Shown: piece by piece, positions 20,102 to 29,628 of the stretch
Position numbering within the stretch: position 1 is the first letter of the stretch
How the letters are laid out: every line of letters begins with the position of its first letter
Program-made: the position numbers and the translations under genes
Source of the DNA: a virus
Reading direction: 5' to 3' (one strand)
Length of the DNA stretch: 34,222 nucleotides
UHGV virus genome: UHGV-0086334
The notes under the pieces: generated by a model
What the model saw: only the letters and a program-made list of their open reading frames with translations
The model's database searches: none
Told to the model about the DNA's origin: nothing

Positions 20102-21950
20102 GTGGGCTGATAAACATTTTTATCTTCCCGAAGGCTCAAGCCATATTGCTGGCCACTGGACGACTCAGCCGGTCCAGGTAGTGATGTTAAATATGATGAC
20201 TAACGACGCGATAAAAATCGTGTCTGTTCGCAAATCAGCTCGTCTCGGTTATACAAAAATACTCGTCGCGGCGCTGCTCTATTTCGCTGAGCACAAAAAA
20301 CGTAGTGCCGTGGTCTATCAGCCTATCGATGACGAATCGGATGGATTTGTCGCCGACGAGGTTGACCCCGCTATCGCCGAAATGCCGGTGATTCAGAAAA
20401 TTTTCCCAGACTGGGATAAAAGCAACGAGCGTAACAATCTCCAGCGCAAAGAGATGAGCGGCGCAATTATTGATTTTCGCGGCGCGAGTACGCCGGGGAA
20501 TTTTCGTCGACTGACGAAACAGGTTGTCGAAGGTGACGAGGTCGACGGCTGGCCGCTGGAGGTCGCTAAAAAAGGTAAAGGCGAAGGCTCGCCAATTGAG
20601 CTGGCGCTCGTTCGAATTAAGGGCGCAGCATACCCGAAAGCGATTTTTGGTTCGACGCCGACCGTTACTGGCAAAAGCCATATAGAAATGTTGGAAGACG
20701 CGGCTGATCTGACGTTTCGTTTTTACCTGAAGTGTCCGCATTGTGGCGAGGAGCAGGTCCTGGTATTTGGTTTCGACGGTATCGAATACGGTCTCAAGTG
20801 GGATGACAGCCTGCAGACCAACGAGTCGAAATCGTCGTCCGCGTATTACCAGTGCTGCCACTGCCCGGAGCATTTTTACTATCGCGATCTCGAAAAAATG
20901 GAGCTCGGGGGGCGCTGGATAGCCGAGGACTGCACCTGGACCCGAGACGGAATCCATTTTTTTGATCATGACAGTGACGTCGTTCGCGCGCCGAAACACG
21001 CGGCGATCGTGATAAACGCCCTGTATTCACTAAACCTTGATGGATGGGGCGAGATTGTCAGCGAGTGGCTGAAAGCGAAGGGCGACCCACTCAAAGAAAA
21101 AACGTTTCATAACACGACGCTCGGCGAGCTTTGGAGCGACGTGGCCAGCGAGCAGCTGGAGCACGATATTCTGGTTAATCGCCGGGAAAAATACGCCAGC
21201 CAGGTTCCTGACGGTGTTGTTTATATAACCGGCGGCATCGACTCTCAGACGTCCGGGCGCTACGAGTGTTACGTGTGGGGCTGGGGAGCTGAGGAAGAGT
21301 GCTGGCTGATTGATAAAACAATCGTCCTCGGTCGCTACGACGAAGAGGACACGCTGCAGCGTGTCGACGGAGTGATTCGCAAACAATACCGGCGCAGCGA
21401 CGGGACCACAATCGGCGTCAGCCGCTGGGCGTGGGATACCGGCGGTATAGATGCGCAGGTTGTTTATAACCGCTCGCTGAAACTCGGTCCGCTGTGGGTC
21501 ATTCCAATTAAAGGCGCAAGCTCATACGGCCAGCCAGTCGTAAATATGCCGCGTACACGTAACGCGAATAAAGTTTATTTGTCGTTAATCGGTACTGACA
21601 CAGCAAAAGATTTGCTCGCGATGCGCCTGCCACTGGAACCAGACCCAAAATCAGCGACACCGGGTGCAATTCATTTTCCAAACGACGACGAAATATTCGG
21701 CACAACAGAGGCAAAACAGCTCGTCTCTGAAGTTCTGATCCCGAAACTCATTAACGGTCGCGTCGTTTACCGCTGGGACAACCAGGGGCGGCGAAATGAG
21801 GCGCTCGACTGCTGGGTATACGGGCTGGCAGCGCTGCGTATCAGTAAAATTCGTTTCCAGCTCAATCTCGAGACGCTCGCTGAGCAACGGAAAAAATCAC
21901 AAAACAAACTGTCTCTCGAGGAGATGGCGAGAATGCTCGGAGGGAGCTAA
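19989..21950 (+). CDS. A: Terminase large subunit, lambda gpA-like
   Basis: 653-aa ORF; GVEWADKHFYLPEGS, CPHCGEEQ, KTFHNTTLGELW, WDTGGID, VIPIKGAS, RRNEALDC, LAALRISK blocks match my recollection of lambda gpA; true start may be an internal Met (20028 or 20088). Confidence 0.9.
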   Translation: MNWQTYESTSAITMSAISNAISTGLNPLRVTIPMTGVEWADKHFYLPEGSSHIAGHWTTQPVQVVMLNMMTNDAIKIVSVRKSARLGYTKILVAALLYFAEHKKRSAVVYQPIDDESDGFVADEVDPAIAEMPVIQKIFPDWDKSNERNNLQRKEMSGAIIDFRGASTPGNFRRLTKQVVEGDEVDGWPLEVAKKGKGEGSPIELALVRIKGAAYPKAIFGSTPTVTGKSHIEMLEDAADLTFRFYLKCPHCGEEQVLVFGFDGIEYGLKWDDSLQTNESKSSSAYYQCCHCPEHFYYRDLEKMELGGRWIAEDCTWTRDGIHFFDHDSDVVRAPKHAAIVINALYSLNLDGWGEIVSEWLKAKGDPLKEKTFHNTTLGELWSDVASEQLEHDILVNRREKYASQVPDGVVYITGGIDSQTSGRYECYVWGWGAEEECWLIDKTIVLGRYDEEDTLQRVDGVIRKQYRRSDGTTIGVSRWAWDTGGIDAQVVYNRSLKLGPLWVIPIKGASSYGQPVVNMPRTRNANKVYLSLIGTDTAKDLLAMRLPLEPDPKSATPGAIHFPNDDEIFGTTEAKQLVSEVLIPKLINGRVVYRWDNQGRRNEALDCWVYGLAALRISKIRFQLNLETLAEQRKKSQNKLSLEEMARMLGGS

Positions 21951-22183
21951 TGACCGCGCGCGAGGTTTTAACAGAACGGCTGCTGGAAGCGGAAATCGCT
22001 CTGCACAAATTATTAACGGGTAAATCGACCGTGTCGCTGTCTCACGGCGATTCAGCGGGAAATAACCGGAGCTATCAGTACTCCCAGGCGAGTATTGAAC
22101 AGCTCCGAACGTACATTATCGAGCTGAAATCACAGCTCGGTCTGAGTACGGGACGCCGCCGTCCCGTGGGAGTTCGATTATGA
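21950..22183 (+). CDS. W: Head-tail joining protein, lambda gpW-like
   Basis: 77 aa; LHKLLTGK...YIIELKSQLG...RRRP resembles lambda gpW; gene order A-W-B. Confidence 0.75.
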   Translation: MTAREVLTERLLEAEIALHKLLTGKSTVSLSHGDSAGNNRSYQYSQASIEQLRTYIIELKSQLGLSTGRRRPVGVRL

Positions 22184-23003
22184 CTGCTCCACAGCAGCTG
22201 CTCGGGCCTGACGGTAAAACGCCACTACGCCGTTTTGCGGGGTATAACGGCGGCGGTCCCGGTTTCGGTGGCCAGCTGATTGACTGGAATGCGCCACAGC
22301 AAAGCGCCGATGCGGCACTGCTGCCTAATTTTTATCGCGGTAACGCGCGAGCAGACGATCTCGTTCGCAATAACGGTGTCGCGTCGAACGCCGTGCAGCT
22401 GCACCAGGATCATATTGTCGGCAATCTGTTTAAATTGAGTTATCGCCCTAACTGGCGTTACCTAGGGATATCTCGCGAGGACGCCAGGGCGCTGGCGCGT
22501 GACGTTGAGGTCGCGTGGACTGAATACGCTGAGGACCCTCACTGCACGATTGATATCGAGCGGAAACGGACGTTCACAATGATGATCCGCGAGGGTGTGG
22601 CCACTCACGCGTTTAACGGTGAAACCTGCGTACAACCGGTCTGGGAAAGCAGTACCGGTAGCGTTTTTCGGACGCGATTCAAAATGGTTTCGCCGAAACG
22701 GATTCGAAATCCGGGTTACGCAGCTGACACCCGATTTCGCCGCGCCGGTGTTGATATCGATAAAAATGGAGCCGCAGTGGGCTACTGGATAGCCGAGGAC
22801 ACCTATCCACTCGGTGGAATCGGCAAGTGCCGGCGTATACCAGCGCAGCTCAGCAGCGGCAGACACGCATTCATTCACATATTCGAGCCGCTCGAGGACG
22901 GACAGACCCGCGGAGATAACATTTTCTACAGCGTGATGGAGCGTCTGAAAATGCTCGACACGCTGCAGCAAACACAACTGCAGAGCGCCATTGTGAAGGC
23001 GAT
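22180..23003 (+). pseudogene. B: Portal protein (lambda gpB-like), 5' fragment interrupted by insertion
   Basis: LLGPDGKTPLRRFAGYNGGGPGFGGQL, LLPNFYRGNARADDLVRNNG, KRTFTMMIREGVATHAFNGE, DGQTRGDNIFYSVMERLKMLDTLQQTQLQSAIVKA match lambda gpB; after codon ...VKA the frame reads IYVYHLTVVARIVRQLH and stops at 23055. Confidence 0.85.
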
Positions 23004-23010
23004 TTATGTC
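22996..23010. other. attL core of inserted element
   Basis: AAGGCGATTTATGTC here versus AAGGCGATGTATGCC at 33898..33912 (13 of 15 identical), at the exact points where portal homology breaks and resumes. Confidence 0.6.
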
Positions 23011-23132
23011 TATCATCTCACCGTAGTTGCCCGCATCGTTCGCCAACTCCACTGAAACCCTTGCTGCGTCTGGAATGTCGTTTTCCATGCTTTTGATGAC
23101 CGTTCATCACCCTTCCAGTTTTTCGCGGTTTT

Positions 23133-23185
23133 GTGTATTGCAATGTGTATTGCAAATTGGCGATCGGGATGGGTGTGTATTGCAA
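23133..23185 (+). repeat. Integrase arm-type repeats (attL side)
   Basis: Three copies of TGTGTATTGCAA at 23133, 23144 and 23174, just upstream of the integrase. Confidence 0.55.
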
Positions 23186-23203
23186 ATCTCTTGAGGGCTT
23201 TTA

Positions 23204-24445
23204 ATGGCTATTGAAAACAAACTCAGTGACAAACTGTTAAAGAGTCTTGTCGGAAAACGGCAGGACAAACAAAAAACAATAGCGGATGGGCGCGGGTTGT
23301 CTGTGCGTGTAAGCATGGTTGGGGGGATCAGCTTTGTTTTTTACTATCGTCTTGGTGGCAGGGAATCCCCTCCGGTATGGCTTACACTTGGTCGCTATCC
23401 TGACATGTCTCTTGCAACGGCCAGGCGCATGCGTGATCAGTGCCGTGAATGGCTGGCTGAAAATCTGGACCCCCGCAGGCAAATAAAACTTGCTGCCGAA
23501 AAAACTATGCAACCAGTGACCGTAAGGGATGCGCTGTTTTACTGGTACGACAATCACGCCACAACAGCCAGAAAAGAGCATGAATATTTAATAAAACGAT
23601 TTGAAAAGCATATCTTCCCCTATATCGGTGATATGGCTATAGAACAGTGCAAATTACACACATGGCTTACCGTCTTTGACAGGATCAAAAAAAATGCGCC
23701 TGTTATGTCTGGTGCAATTTTTCTTGATATCAAACAGGCGTTGCGTTTTTGTCGCGTCAGGCAATACATCGCGTGCGATCCCTTTGGAGATATTAACGTA
23801 AGTTATGTCGGGCGCTCATCCGGTATAAGGGATCGCGTTCTTAATATCAATGAAACCGCTGATGTATGGTCTTATGCTTACGGTAATAATTTGCTAACTC
23901 TGTCATCAATATATAACCGAAGAATAATGGTTATCTGCCTGGTGTTTGGTTGCCGACAGCAGGAGGCGAGGCTATCCACTTGGGACGAATGGGATTTAAA
24001 AAACTGGGTATGGACAGTCCCAAAAGAGCACAGCAAAAACAAGGAGGCTATAGTAAGGCCTGTTCCTGACGGAATAAAACAATGGATCGTTAATCTTTAC
24101 GCAGAAACAAAAAATCGCGGTTATGTTGTCGGTTGTGCTTTGCAAAGGGCGACAATAACAGGGGCTGCAAACAGAATATGCAGGCGTCTTGGTCATGATA
24201 CTAATGGCTTGTGGTGCATACATGATTTCAGGCGCACATTTTCCACTACGCTTAATGATATGGGGGCGGATCCTTATATTGTCGAACTTCTTTTAGGTCA
24301 TAAAGTGAAAGGGGTTGCTGGTGTTTACAATAAAAGCAGGCATATAAAGAAAAAACTTGAGGTGCTTAATATGTGGGTTAATTACCTTAATACGATAGCA
24401 GGATTTAACAACAACGTTATCGAGCTTAATAAAGAGGTGGTGTGA
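23204..24445 (+). CDS. int: Tyrosine integrase, P4-type
   Basis: 413 aa; N-terminal LSDKLLKSL...DGRGLSVRVS arm-binding-type domain, catalytic blocks HDFRRTFST and LLGH...VYNK. Confidence 0.9.
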   Translation: MAIENKLSDKLLKSLVGKRQDKQKTIADGRGLSVRVSMVGGISFVFYYRLGGRESPPVWLTLGRYPDMSLATARRMRDQCREWLAENLDPRRQIKLAAEKTMQPVTVRDALFYWYDNHATTARKEHEYLIKRFEKHIFPYIGDMAIEQCKLHTWLTVFDRIKKNAPVMSGAIFLDIKQALRFCRVRQYIACDPFGDINVSYVGRSSGIRDRVLNINETADVWSYAYGNNLLTLSSIYNRRIMVICLVFGCRQQEARLSTWDEWDLKNWVWTVPKEHSKNKEAIVRPVPDGIKQWIVNLYAETKNRGYVVGCALQRATITGAANRICRRLGHDTNGLWCIHDFRRTFSTTLNDMGADPYIVELLLGHKVKGVAGVYNKSRHIKKKLEVLNMWVNYLNTIAGFNNNVIELNKEVV

Positions 24446-24446
24446 T

Positions 24447-24704
24447 ATGGCAATTTATTCTCTTGTTGATGAAAACGATTTGCGCACAATGAAGGACATT
24501 GATCGGTTCATTCGTGAAAAAGAGTGCATAGCACTTACCACGCTGGCAAACTCAACACGCTGGAAAATGGAGCAGGCAGGTAAATTCCCGCGACGTATCA
24601 AGATCGGTGAACGTGCTGCAGGGTATCGACTTTCAGAGGTTCAGGCATGGATCCGTGGTGAGTGGCATCCTGGATGGAAACCTGGAAAAACAAAACAGCA
24701 ATAA
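24447..24704 (+). CDS. AlpA-family DNA-binding regulator/excisionase-like
   Basis: 85 aa; RWKMEQAGKFPRRIKIGERAAGYRLSEVQAWI is the AlpA-type winged HTH; directly follows int. Confidence 0.7.
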   Translation: MAIYSLVDENDLRTMKDIDRFIREKECIALTTLANSTRWKMEQAGKFPRRIKIGERAAGYRLSEVQAWIRGEWHPGWKPGKTKQQ

Positions 24705-24715
24705 CCAGTAAATAA

Positions 24716-24740
24716 TGCCCCTCATCACGAGGGGTTTTTT
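24716..24740 (+). terminator. Intrinsic terminator
   Basis: CCCCTC-atcac-GAGGGG followed by TTTTTT. Confidence 0.6.
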
Positions 24741-24760
24741 GTCTATAAGGTAAAAACGCG

Positions 24761-25339
24761 ATGAATAAAAATATTGCCGTGACGGGCAAGGGGTACGCTC
24801 GTCCAGTGAAAAAATTCTGCGATATTCGTGATCTCGTCGTTCTGCGCTTTGATAGTGTGAACGTTCGTGTGGTGTATCTGAACGGCGATCCGTGGTTTGT
24901 TGCAAAAGATGTTTGTGCTGCGCTGGAACTAACCAATTCGCGTACGGCGTTGCAGATGCTTGATGATGATGAAAAGGGAGTAAATTTAACTTACACCCCA
25001 GGAGGAAATCAGAATATGAGAATTATCTCTGAGTCAGGTTTCTACAAACTAATAGCCCGCAGCCGCAAAGCAACGACGCCTGGCACATTTGCTCATCGTT
25101 TCAGTAACTGGGTATTCAGAAATGTGATACCAGGTATCAGAAAAACGGGGACTTATGGTATCCCGTGGGGTGCATTACAGGATTTTTCCCGCCGTAAAGA
25201 GCAATATCAAATAAGTGCCAGCGAGAAGGGGAGGGAGCTACAGGCATGTAAGCGCAAAAAGCGTGAGCTGGAGGAAGAAGAAAAAACGCTGATACGTGAA
25301 TATCAGCCTGAGTTTTACTTTGGTAACCGCATTCAGTGA
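24761..25339 (+). CDS. Bro-N domain protein (antirepressor-like)
   Basis: 192 aa; DPWFVAKDVCAALEL, ESGFYKLIARSRK, FSNWVF..VIPGIRKTGTYG fit the Bro-N domain. Confidence 0.7.
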   Translation: MNKNIAVTGKGYARPVKKFCDIRDLVVLRFDSVNVRVVYLNGDPWFVAKDVCAALELTNSRTALQMLDDDEKGVNLTYTPGGNQNMRIISESGFYKLIARSRKATTPGTFAHRFSNWVFRNVIPGIRKTGTYGIPWGALQDFSRRKEQYQISASEKGRELQACKRKKRELEEEEKTLIREYQPEFYFGNRIQ

Positions 25340-25348
25340 CAAAACAAA

Positions 25349-25369
25349 GGCGACCGCAAAAGGGTCGCC
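25349..25369. terminator. Stem-loop between convergent genes
   Basis: GGCGACC-gcaaaag-GGTCGCC right after the Bro-N stop; no clear T-tract. Confidence 0.4.
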
Positions 25370-25435
25370 AGTGGGAACAAGGGAAAACAAAAGCATCACC
25401 AACAATGCCACATTTGCGGCTGGTGGGCAATGTGA

Positions 25436-25615
25436 TCAGTCAGATTTGGTTCGTTCCAAGGTTTGCAACGAGAGCTTTTTCCTGTGCTCTTTAAGGAATT
25501 TCTCAAGAGCAAACGAACAAGGTGCGAATCTTTCTGATTCATGTTCATGCGCTATATTTTTGCGTCGTCTCTTACGAGTTGGTGATGGTGTTTTGGTTGA
25601 TTCTGTGTCGCTCAT
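25436..25615 (-). CDS. Small basic hypothetical protein (59 aa)
   Basis: My reading of the minus strand: ATG at 25615, AGGA RBS, MSDTESTKTPSPTRKRRRKNIAHEHESERF...; downstream of the repressor gene on the same strand. Confidence 0.25.
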   Translation of the reverse strand: MSDTESTKTPSPTRKRRRKNIAHEHESERFAPCSFALEKFLKEHRKKLSLQTLERTKSD

Positions 25616-25672
25616 GGTGCTGTCCTGTAAAGCAATGCGCCTGCGTTCCTCAAACTATGGCGCTGATATTGG

Positions 25673-25978
25673 CTATTCATGCTCTTTGACCTTGCGTCGC
25701 TGGAGTTCTTCACGCGCGACGGTGACGAGTTGCCCGATCTCCTCGGCTGCTTTGATGCCGATTTGTTCGACCTTAGCCAGGGCATCCAGTGACGACACAA
25801 GGGGATTTTCTCCGCTGCCTTCTGCTTGGCGGCGGGCTATTTCTCCGCGCATGGCGGTTACGATAAATCCGGCATTGCTTTCACCGTCCAGCTTAACGGA
25901 TTCCATCCCTTGCATAACATCTAGTGGGACTCTGACAGTTGTCAGTTGTGATTTTGCGTTTTTGTTAGCCGTTGCCAT
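25673..25978 (-). CDS. Putative repressor, possibly ribbon-helix-helix
   Basis: 101 aa; strong AGGAG RBS; divergent from the operator-bearing promoter at 26040; TTVRVPLDVMQGMESVKL is compatible with an RHH beta-strand/helix. Confidence 0.45.
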   Translation of the reverse strand: MATANKNAKSQLTTVRVPLDVMQGMESVKLDGESNAGFIVTAMRGEIARRQAEGSGENPLVSSLDALAKVEQIGIKAAEEIGQLVTVAREELQRRKVKEHE

Positions 25979-25999
25979 TTCTGAAACTCCTAATCATCG

Positions 26000-26077
26000 G
26001 TGTGTTTCAGTATACACAAAAAAAGAAATACAAAAAGCCTTGACGTGTGTTTCATGCGCTCATAACATGAAACACAC
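26000..26077. promoter_or_regulatory. Operator/promoter between divergent satellite genes
   Basis: Perfect inverted repeat GTGTGTTTCATG-n9-CATGAAACACAC (26045..26077) overlapping TTGACG -35 (26040..26045); third half-site GTGTGTTTCA at 26000..26009. Confidence 0.55.
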
Positions 26078-26168
26078 CGAAAGGATTGTTGAAATACAAA
26101 GAGCAACGCCCCGCAGTGCTGGGAACACATACGGGGCGTCTAACCAACAACGTAAACTAGGAGCCGTT

Positions 26169-26366
26169 ATGGTTGCTGTAAATCATATACCACACCTTGT
26201 ACACACACAAACGGCCTTTGTGTGGCGTTTTCTGGCACTGAGTGCCGGAGAATCTCAAATCATCCACGTAACCGCCTGGACGGAACGCGAAGCGCGTAGC
26301 CGTTGCCCGTCCGGTTGTGTTGCTGTATTCGCTGCAAAAATCCGCCAGGGAGTGAGTCATGCTTAA
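26169..26366 (+). CDS. Small hypothetical protein (65 aa), first gene of rightward satellite operon
   Basis: ATG 26169 preceded by AGGAG; it is the 3' part of the long ORF 25296..26366, whose upstream part I regard as non-coding. Confidence 0.45.
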   Translation: MVAVNHIPHLVHTQTAFVWRFLALSAGESQIIHVTAWTEREARSRCPSGCVAVFAAKIRQGVSHA

Positions 26367-26544
26367 AACCTTCCGTGTATTTGCCCGAGCTGTTAACCCA
26401 ATAGGCCACACAATTGGTATCGCTCAGAATGTGAAGGCTGTTAATGTTCAGACGGCTATTGCTGCGGTGAGAAGCGAATCATCAGAATATGGCTTATCAC
26501 AAGTCATTATTTCAGCAGTGTATGAATTAAAAGAGGTGCATTAA
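26359..26544 (+). CDS. Small hypothetical protein
   Basis: 61-aa ORF, start overlapping upstream stop. Confidence 0.4.
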   Translation: MLKTFRVFARAVNPIGHTIGIAQNVKAVNVQTAIAAVRSESSEYGLSQVIISAVYELKEVH

Positions 26545-26735
26545 TGCAGGAAATTACATTACACGAAGCCGCTGAACGTGCGCACCAGACAGAAATTATT
26601 TGCCGCCTTCTTGAGGTATACCCGAACAAAATTACAGATGCTGATATATCCGCACTGGCGAGCCTACTGGCGCGTCTTTCGGGAAGTGTCGCTAGTTTTT
26701 TGATTGAGGAAGAAAGTAAGCTGGTGGGGGATTAA
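26544..26735 (+). CDS. Small hypothetical protein
   Basis: 63-aa ORF, ATGA-type overlap. Confidence 0.4.
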   Translation: MQEITLHEAAERAHQTEIICRLLEVYPNKITDADISALASLLARLSGSVASFLIEEESKLVGD

Positions 26736-26957
26736 ATGAATACAGAACGGGAAGTCTTTTTTAAATTGTTAGCATGTGCAGAAAGTTCATTAACTTTAAA
26801 TAATTCAGCAAAAGCAATATTAAATATGTGGCTTGATTGCATAAATGACAATGAAGATGCAAATATTGCTTATGGCCTGTTGTCACTTATTGATGAATCA
26901 GCAGAAAAACTCAATGACGCAATAAATAGTGCCCTGCTATCAAATAAGTCGAGTTAA
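26736..26957 (+). CDS. Small hypothetical protein (AT-rich)
   Basis: 73-aa ORF, markedly more AT-rich than its neighbours. Confidence 0.4.
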   Translation: MNTEREVFFKLLACAESSLTLNNSAKAILNMWLDCINDNEDANIAYGLLSLIDESAEKLNDAINSALLSNKSS

Positions 26958-26974
26958 GTCGAGGAATAAATAAT

Positions 26975-27274
26975 ATGGAAATGAAAAATTCTGGCTTTAT
27001 TGCCAGCGGCCCCGCTCGACCTGAATTTATGAACGGCGATATTTACCGCGATAAATACGGCGGCACGGTAACGATTAAAGGCGTGGCAGAACGGCGCATC
27101 ACTTACCGCCGTGAGGGGTATAGCTATGACTGCGTGATGCCTGTTTATCAGTTCCGGCGTGATTTTTCCCTGGTATATGCCGCACCCCGCAGTAAATCCA
27201 TCAGCAGGGAAAAAGCGTGGGGAAATATCCAGAAAATGAAAACCATGATTAACGGATTCAGAGGTAAAAAATGA
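26975..27274 (+). CDS. Hypothetical protein
   Basis: 99-aa ORF with GAGGAA RBS; stop overlaps primase start. Confidence 0.45.
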   Translation: MEMKNSGFIASGPARPEFMNGDIYRDKYGGTVTIKGVAERRITYRREGYSYDCVMPVYQFRRDFSLVYAAPRSKSISREKAWGNIQKMKTMINGFRGKK

Positions 27275-29025
27275 AACTGGCACCGAACGTAAAACAGCAG
27301 TCACGCGGCATAAAACACAAAGGAACAGAAGTAATTATTTTTGCGGGTAGTGATGCCTGGGCACACGCGAAACAATGGCAGGAACATGATGCGCGTATGG
27401 CCGGAGATAATGAGCCTCCTGTGTGGCTTGGGGAGCAGCAGCTATCCGAACTGGATAATCTGCAAATTGTGCCGGAAGGCCGAAAATCAGCACGCATATA
27501 CAGGGCCGGATATCTTGCGCCTGTAATGATAAAGGCGATTGGTCAGAAGCTGGCGGCAGCAGGCGTACAGGATGCAAATTTTTATCCTGAGGGTATGCAC
27601 GGCCAGGAGGTGCAGAACTGGCGCGAATATCTGGCCCGTGAACGCCAGAATCTTTCTGATGGTCTGGTCATTGAGCTTCCGGTAAAGCAAAAGGCGCAAC
27701 TTTCGCAGATGGCGGACAGTGAGCGCGCGCAGTTGCTTGCCGATCGCTTTGATGGCGTTTGCGTACATCCTGAAAGTGAAATCGTTCACGTATGGCGCGG
27801 CGGGGTATGGTGTCCGGTCAGCACAATGGAACTTAGCCGCGAAATGGTGGCGATCTATTCAGAGCACAGGGCCACTTTCAGCAAGCGCGTAATCAATAAC
27901 GCCGTGGAAGCGTTAAAAGTTATTGCCGAACCAATGGGCGAGCCGTCTGGCGATTTGCTGCCGTTCGCCAATGGTGCGCTTGACCTGAAAACGGGGGAAT
28001 TTTCCCCGCACACGCCGGAGAACTGGATCACCACGCACAACGGCATTGAGTACACGCCACCAGCACCAGGGGAGAACATCCGCGATAACGCGCCAAACTT
28101 TCATAAATGGCTTGAGCACGCAGCCGGAAAAGACCCGCGCAAGATGATGCGTATATGTGCCGCGCTGTACATGATTATGGCGAACCGGTACGACTGGCAG
28201 ATGTTTATTGAGGCCACCGGAGACGGCGGGAGCGGTAAAAGTACATTCACACACATAGCCAGCCTTCTGGCAGGGAAACAGAACACGGTAAGCGCTGAAA
28301 TGACATCGCTTGATGATGCTGGTGGACGTGCGCAGGTTGTCGGGAGTCGTCTTATCGTCCTGGCTGACCAGCCGAAATATACAGGCGAAGGAACGGGCAT
28401 CAAGAAAATCACAGGCGGCGACCCCGTGGAAATTAACCCGAAATATGAAAAGCGTTTCACGGCGGTAATCAGGGCGGTGGTGCTGGCGACCAACAACAAC
28501 CCGATGATATTCACCGAACGGGCCGGAGGTGTGGCACGTCGTCGCGTGATTTTCCGTTTCGACAATATCGTCAGTGAGGCCGAAAAAGACAGGGAGCTAC
28601 CGGAAAAGATTGCGGCTGAAATCCCCGTTATTATCCGCCGATTGCTGGCGAACTTTACCGACCCTGAGAAGGCACGGGCTTTACTACTGGAACAGCGTGA
28701 CGGTGATGAAGCACTGGCAATAAAGCAACAGACGGATCCGGTTATTGAGTTTTGCCAGTTCCTGAATTTTCTGGAGGAAGCGCGCGGCCTGATGATGGGT
28801 GGCGGTGGTGATTCAGTGAAGTACACGACCAGGAACAGCCTTTACCGCGTCTATCTGGCGTTTATGGCATACGCGGGCAGGAGCAAACCGCTAAACGTGG
28901 CTGAGTTCAGCAAGGCCATGAAGCCAGCGGCGAAAGTTTACGGGCATGAATATATTACGCGAAAAGTTAAGGGAGTAACGCAGACCAACGCAATTACAAC
29001 AGACGATTGCGACGCGTTTTTATAA
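27271..29025 (+). CDS. Primase-helicase (P4 alpha / PICI Pri-Rep-like), SF3 helicase domain
   Basis: 584 aa; Walker A GDGGSGKSTF, RLIVLADQ Walker B-like, D5-type C-terminal region; followed by iterons. Confidence 0.85.
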   Translation: MKLAPNVKQQSRGIKHKGTEVIIFAGSDAWAHAKQWQEHDARMAGDNEPPVWLGEQQLSELDNLQIVPEGRKSARIYRAGYLAPVMIKAIGQKLAAAGVQDANFYPEGMHGQEVQNWREYLARERQNLSDGLVIELPVKQKAQLSQMADSERAQLLADRFDGVCVHPESEIVHVWRGGVWCPVSTMELSREMVAIYSEHRATFSKRVINNAVEALKVIAEPMGEPSGDLLPFANGALDLKTGEFSPHTPENWITTHNGIEYTPPAPGENIRDNAPNFHKWLEHAAGKDPRKMMRICAALYMIMANRYDWQMFIEATGDGGSGKSTFTHIASLLAGKQNTVSAEMTSLDDAGGRAQVVGSRLIVLADQPKYTGEGTGIKKITGGDPVEINPKYEKRFTAVIRAVVLATNNNPMIFTERAGGVARRRVIFRFDNIVSEAEKDRELPEKIAAEIPVIIRRLLANFTDPEKARALLLEQRDGDEALAIKQQTDPVIEFCQFLNFLEEARGLMMGGGGDSVKYTTRNSLYRVYLAFMAYAGRSKPLNVAEFSKAMKPAAKVYGHEYITRKVKGVTQTNAITTDDCDAFL

Positions 29026-29040
29026 TTTTTTGTAAAAGCC

Positions 29041-29262
29041 ATCTACCCCATCTACCTGAACGAAATAAACGCATATTATTCAACATGATAAGTGGGTATA
29101 GGGCTAGGTAGAAGGCTAATAAAAGCTCTCTACCTCTTCTACCTGATTTTATCAGTTTCAGGTAGCAGGGTAGACGGCAGGTAGAGGAGTCAAAAAAGCT
29201 ATCTACCCGCTGAAAGCGTCGCCATTACTGACATGATGAGTATTCGGGTAGATGGGTAGAGG
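29041..29262. repeat. Iteron-type replication origin
   Basis: About 12 direct and inverted copies of (A/T)CTACC or GGTAG(A/T) right after the primase-helicase gene. Confidence 0.65.
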
Positions 29263-29313
29263 GGGGGAGGCACAACTAAAAACTTTTTAAACGAGGGGGG
29301 GGGGTGAAAATAA

Positions 29314-29628
29314 ATGCGCATACATAAAAATCACTTAACAAACATGCCAGCCGAAAACATGAATCAGGGGCGACAAATGACCAAAATTCGCAGAGACAGA
29401 ACACAGGCAAAATATAAAGCGTTAGACATGACAGAGCTTTCCTTAAAGGTGGCAATCAAAGCGATAGACCACCACACACGGGCAGGATACGCGAAGGAAC
29501 ATCCCGACCTGATAAGCGCATTTATGACCACAGCAGCGGCAAACTTTGCCACGCTGACAGAACGGGAGATTGCCGAAGCGGAACAGGTGACAACCATCAA
29601 TGTTAAAACCGGAGAGCAGACAGCATGA
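29314..29628 (+). CDS. Hypothetical protein
   Basis: ORF track 104 aa; likelier start ATG 29377 (AGGGG RBS). Confidence 0.45.
   Translation: MRIHKNHLTNMPAENMNQGRQMTKIRRDRTQAKYKALDMTELSLKVAIKAIDHHTRAGYAKEHPDLISAFMTTAAANFATLTEREIAEAEQVTTINVKTGEQTA

Noticed and set aside
20235-20999. 254-aa minus-strand ORF
   Set aside because: Antisense within the large terminase gene, which has strong homology support.
22462-23088. 208-aa minus-strand ORF
   Set aside because: Antisense within the portal 5' fragment and attL junction.
23004-23203. tRNA or tmRNA target expected next to a P4-type integrase
   Set aside because: No cloverleaf-like sequence at either junction; the flanks are portal coding sequence, so the integration target appears to be the portal gene itself.
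23237-23581. 114-aa minus-strand ORF
   Set aside because: Overlaps the start of the integrase gene on the opposite strand.
25296-26366. 356-aa plus-strand ORF spanning the element's regulatory region
   Set aside because: Low-complexity Ser/Arg/Cys-rich translation, overlaps the well-supported minus-strand repressor gene and the operator; only its last 65 codons (from ATG 26169 with AGGAG RBS) look like a real gene.
28101-28826. 241-aa minus-strand ORF
   Set aside because: Lies entirely inside the primase-helicase gene on the opposite strand; Ser/Arg-rich translation typical of antisense frames in GC-rich coding DNA.
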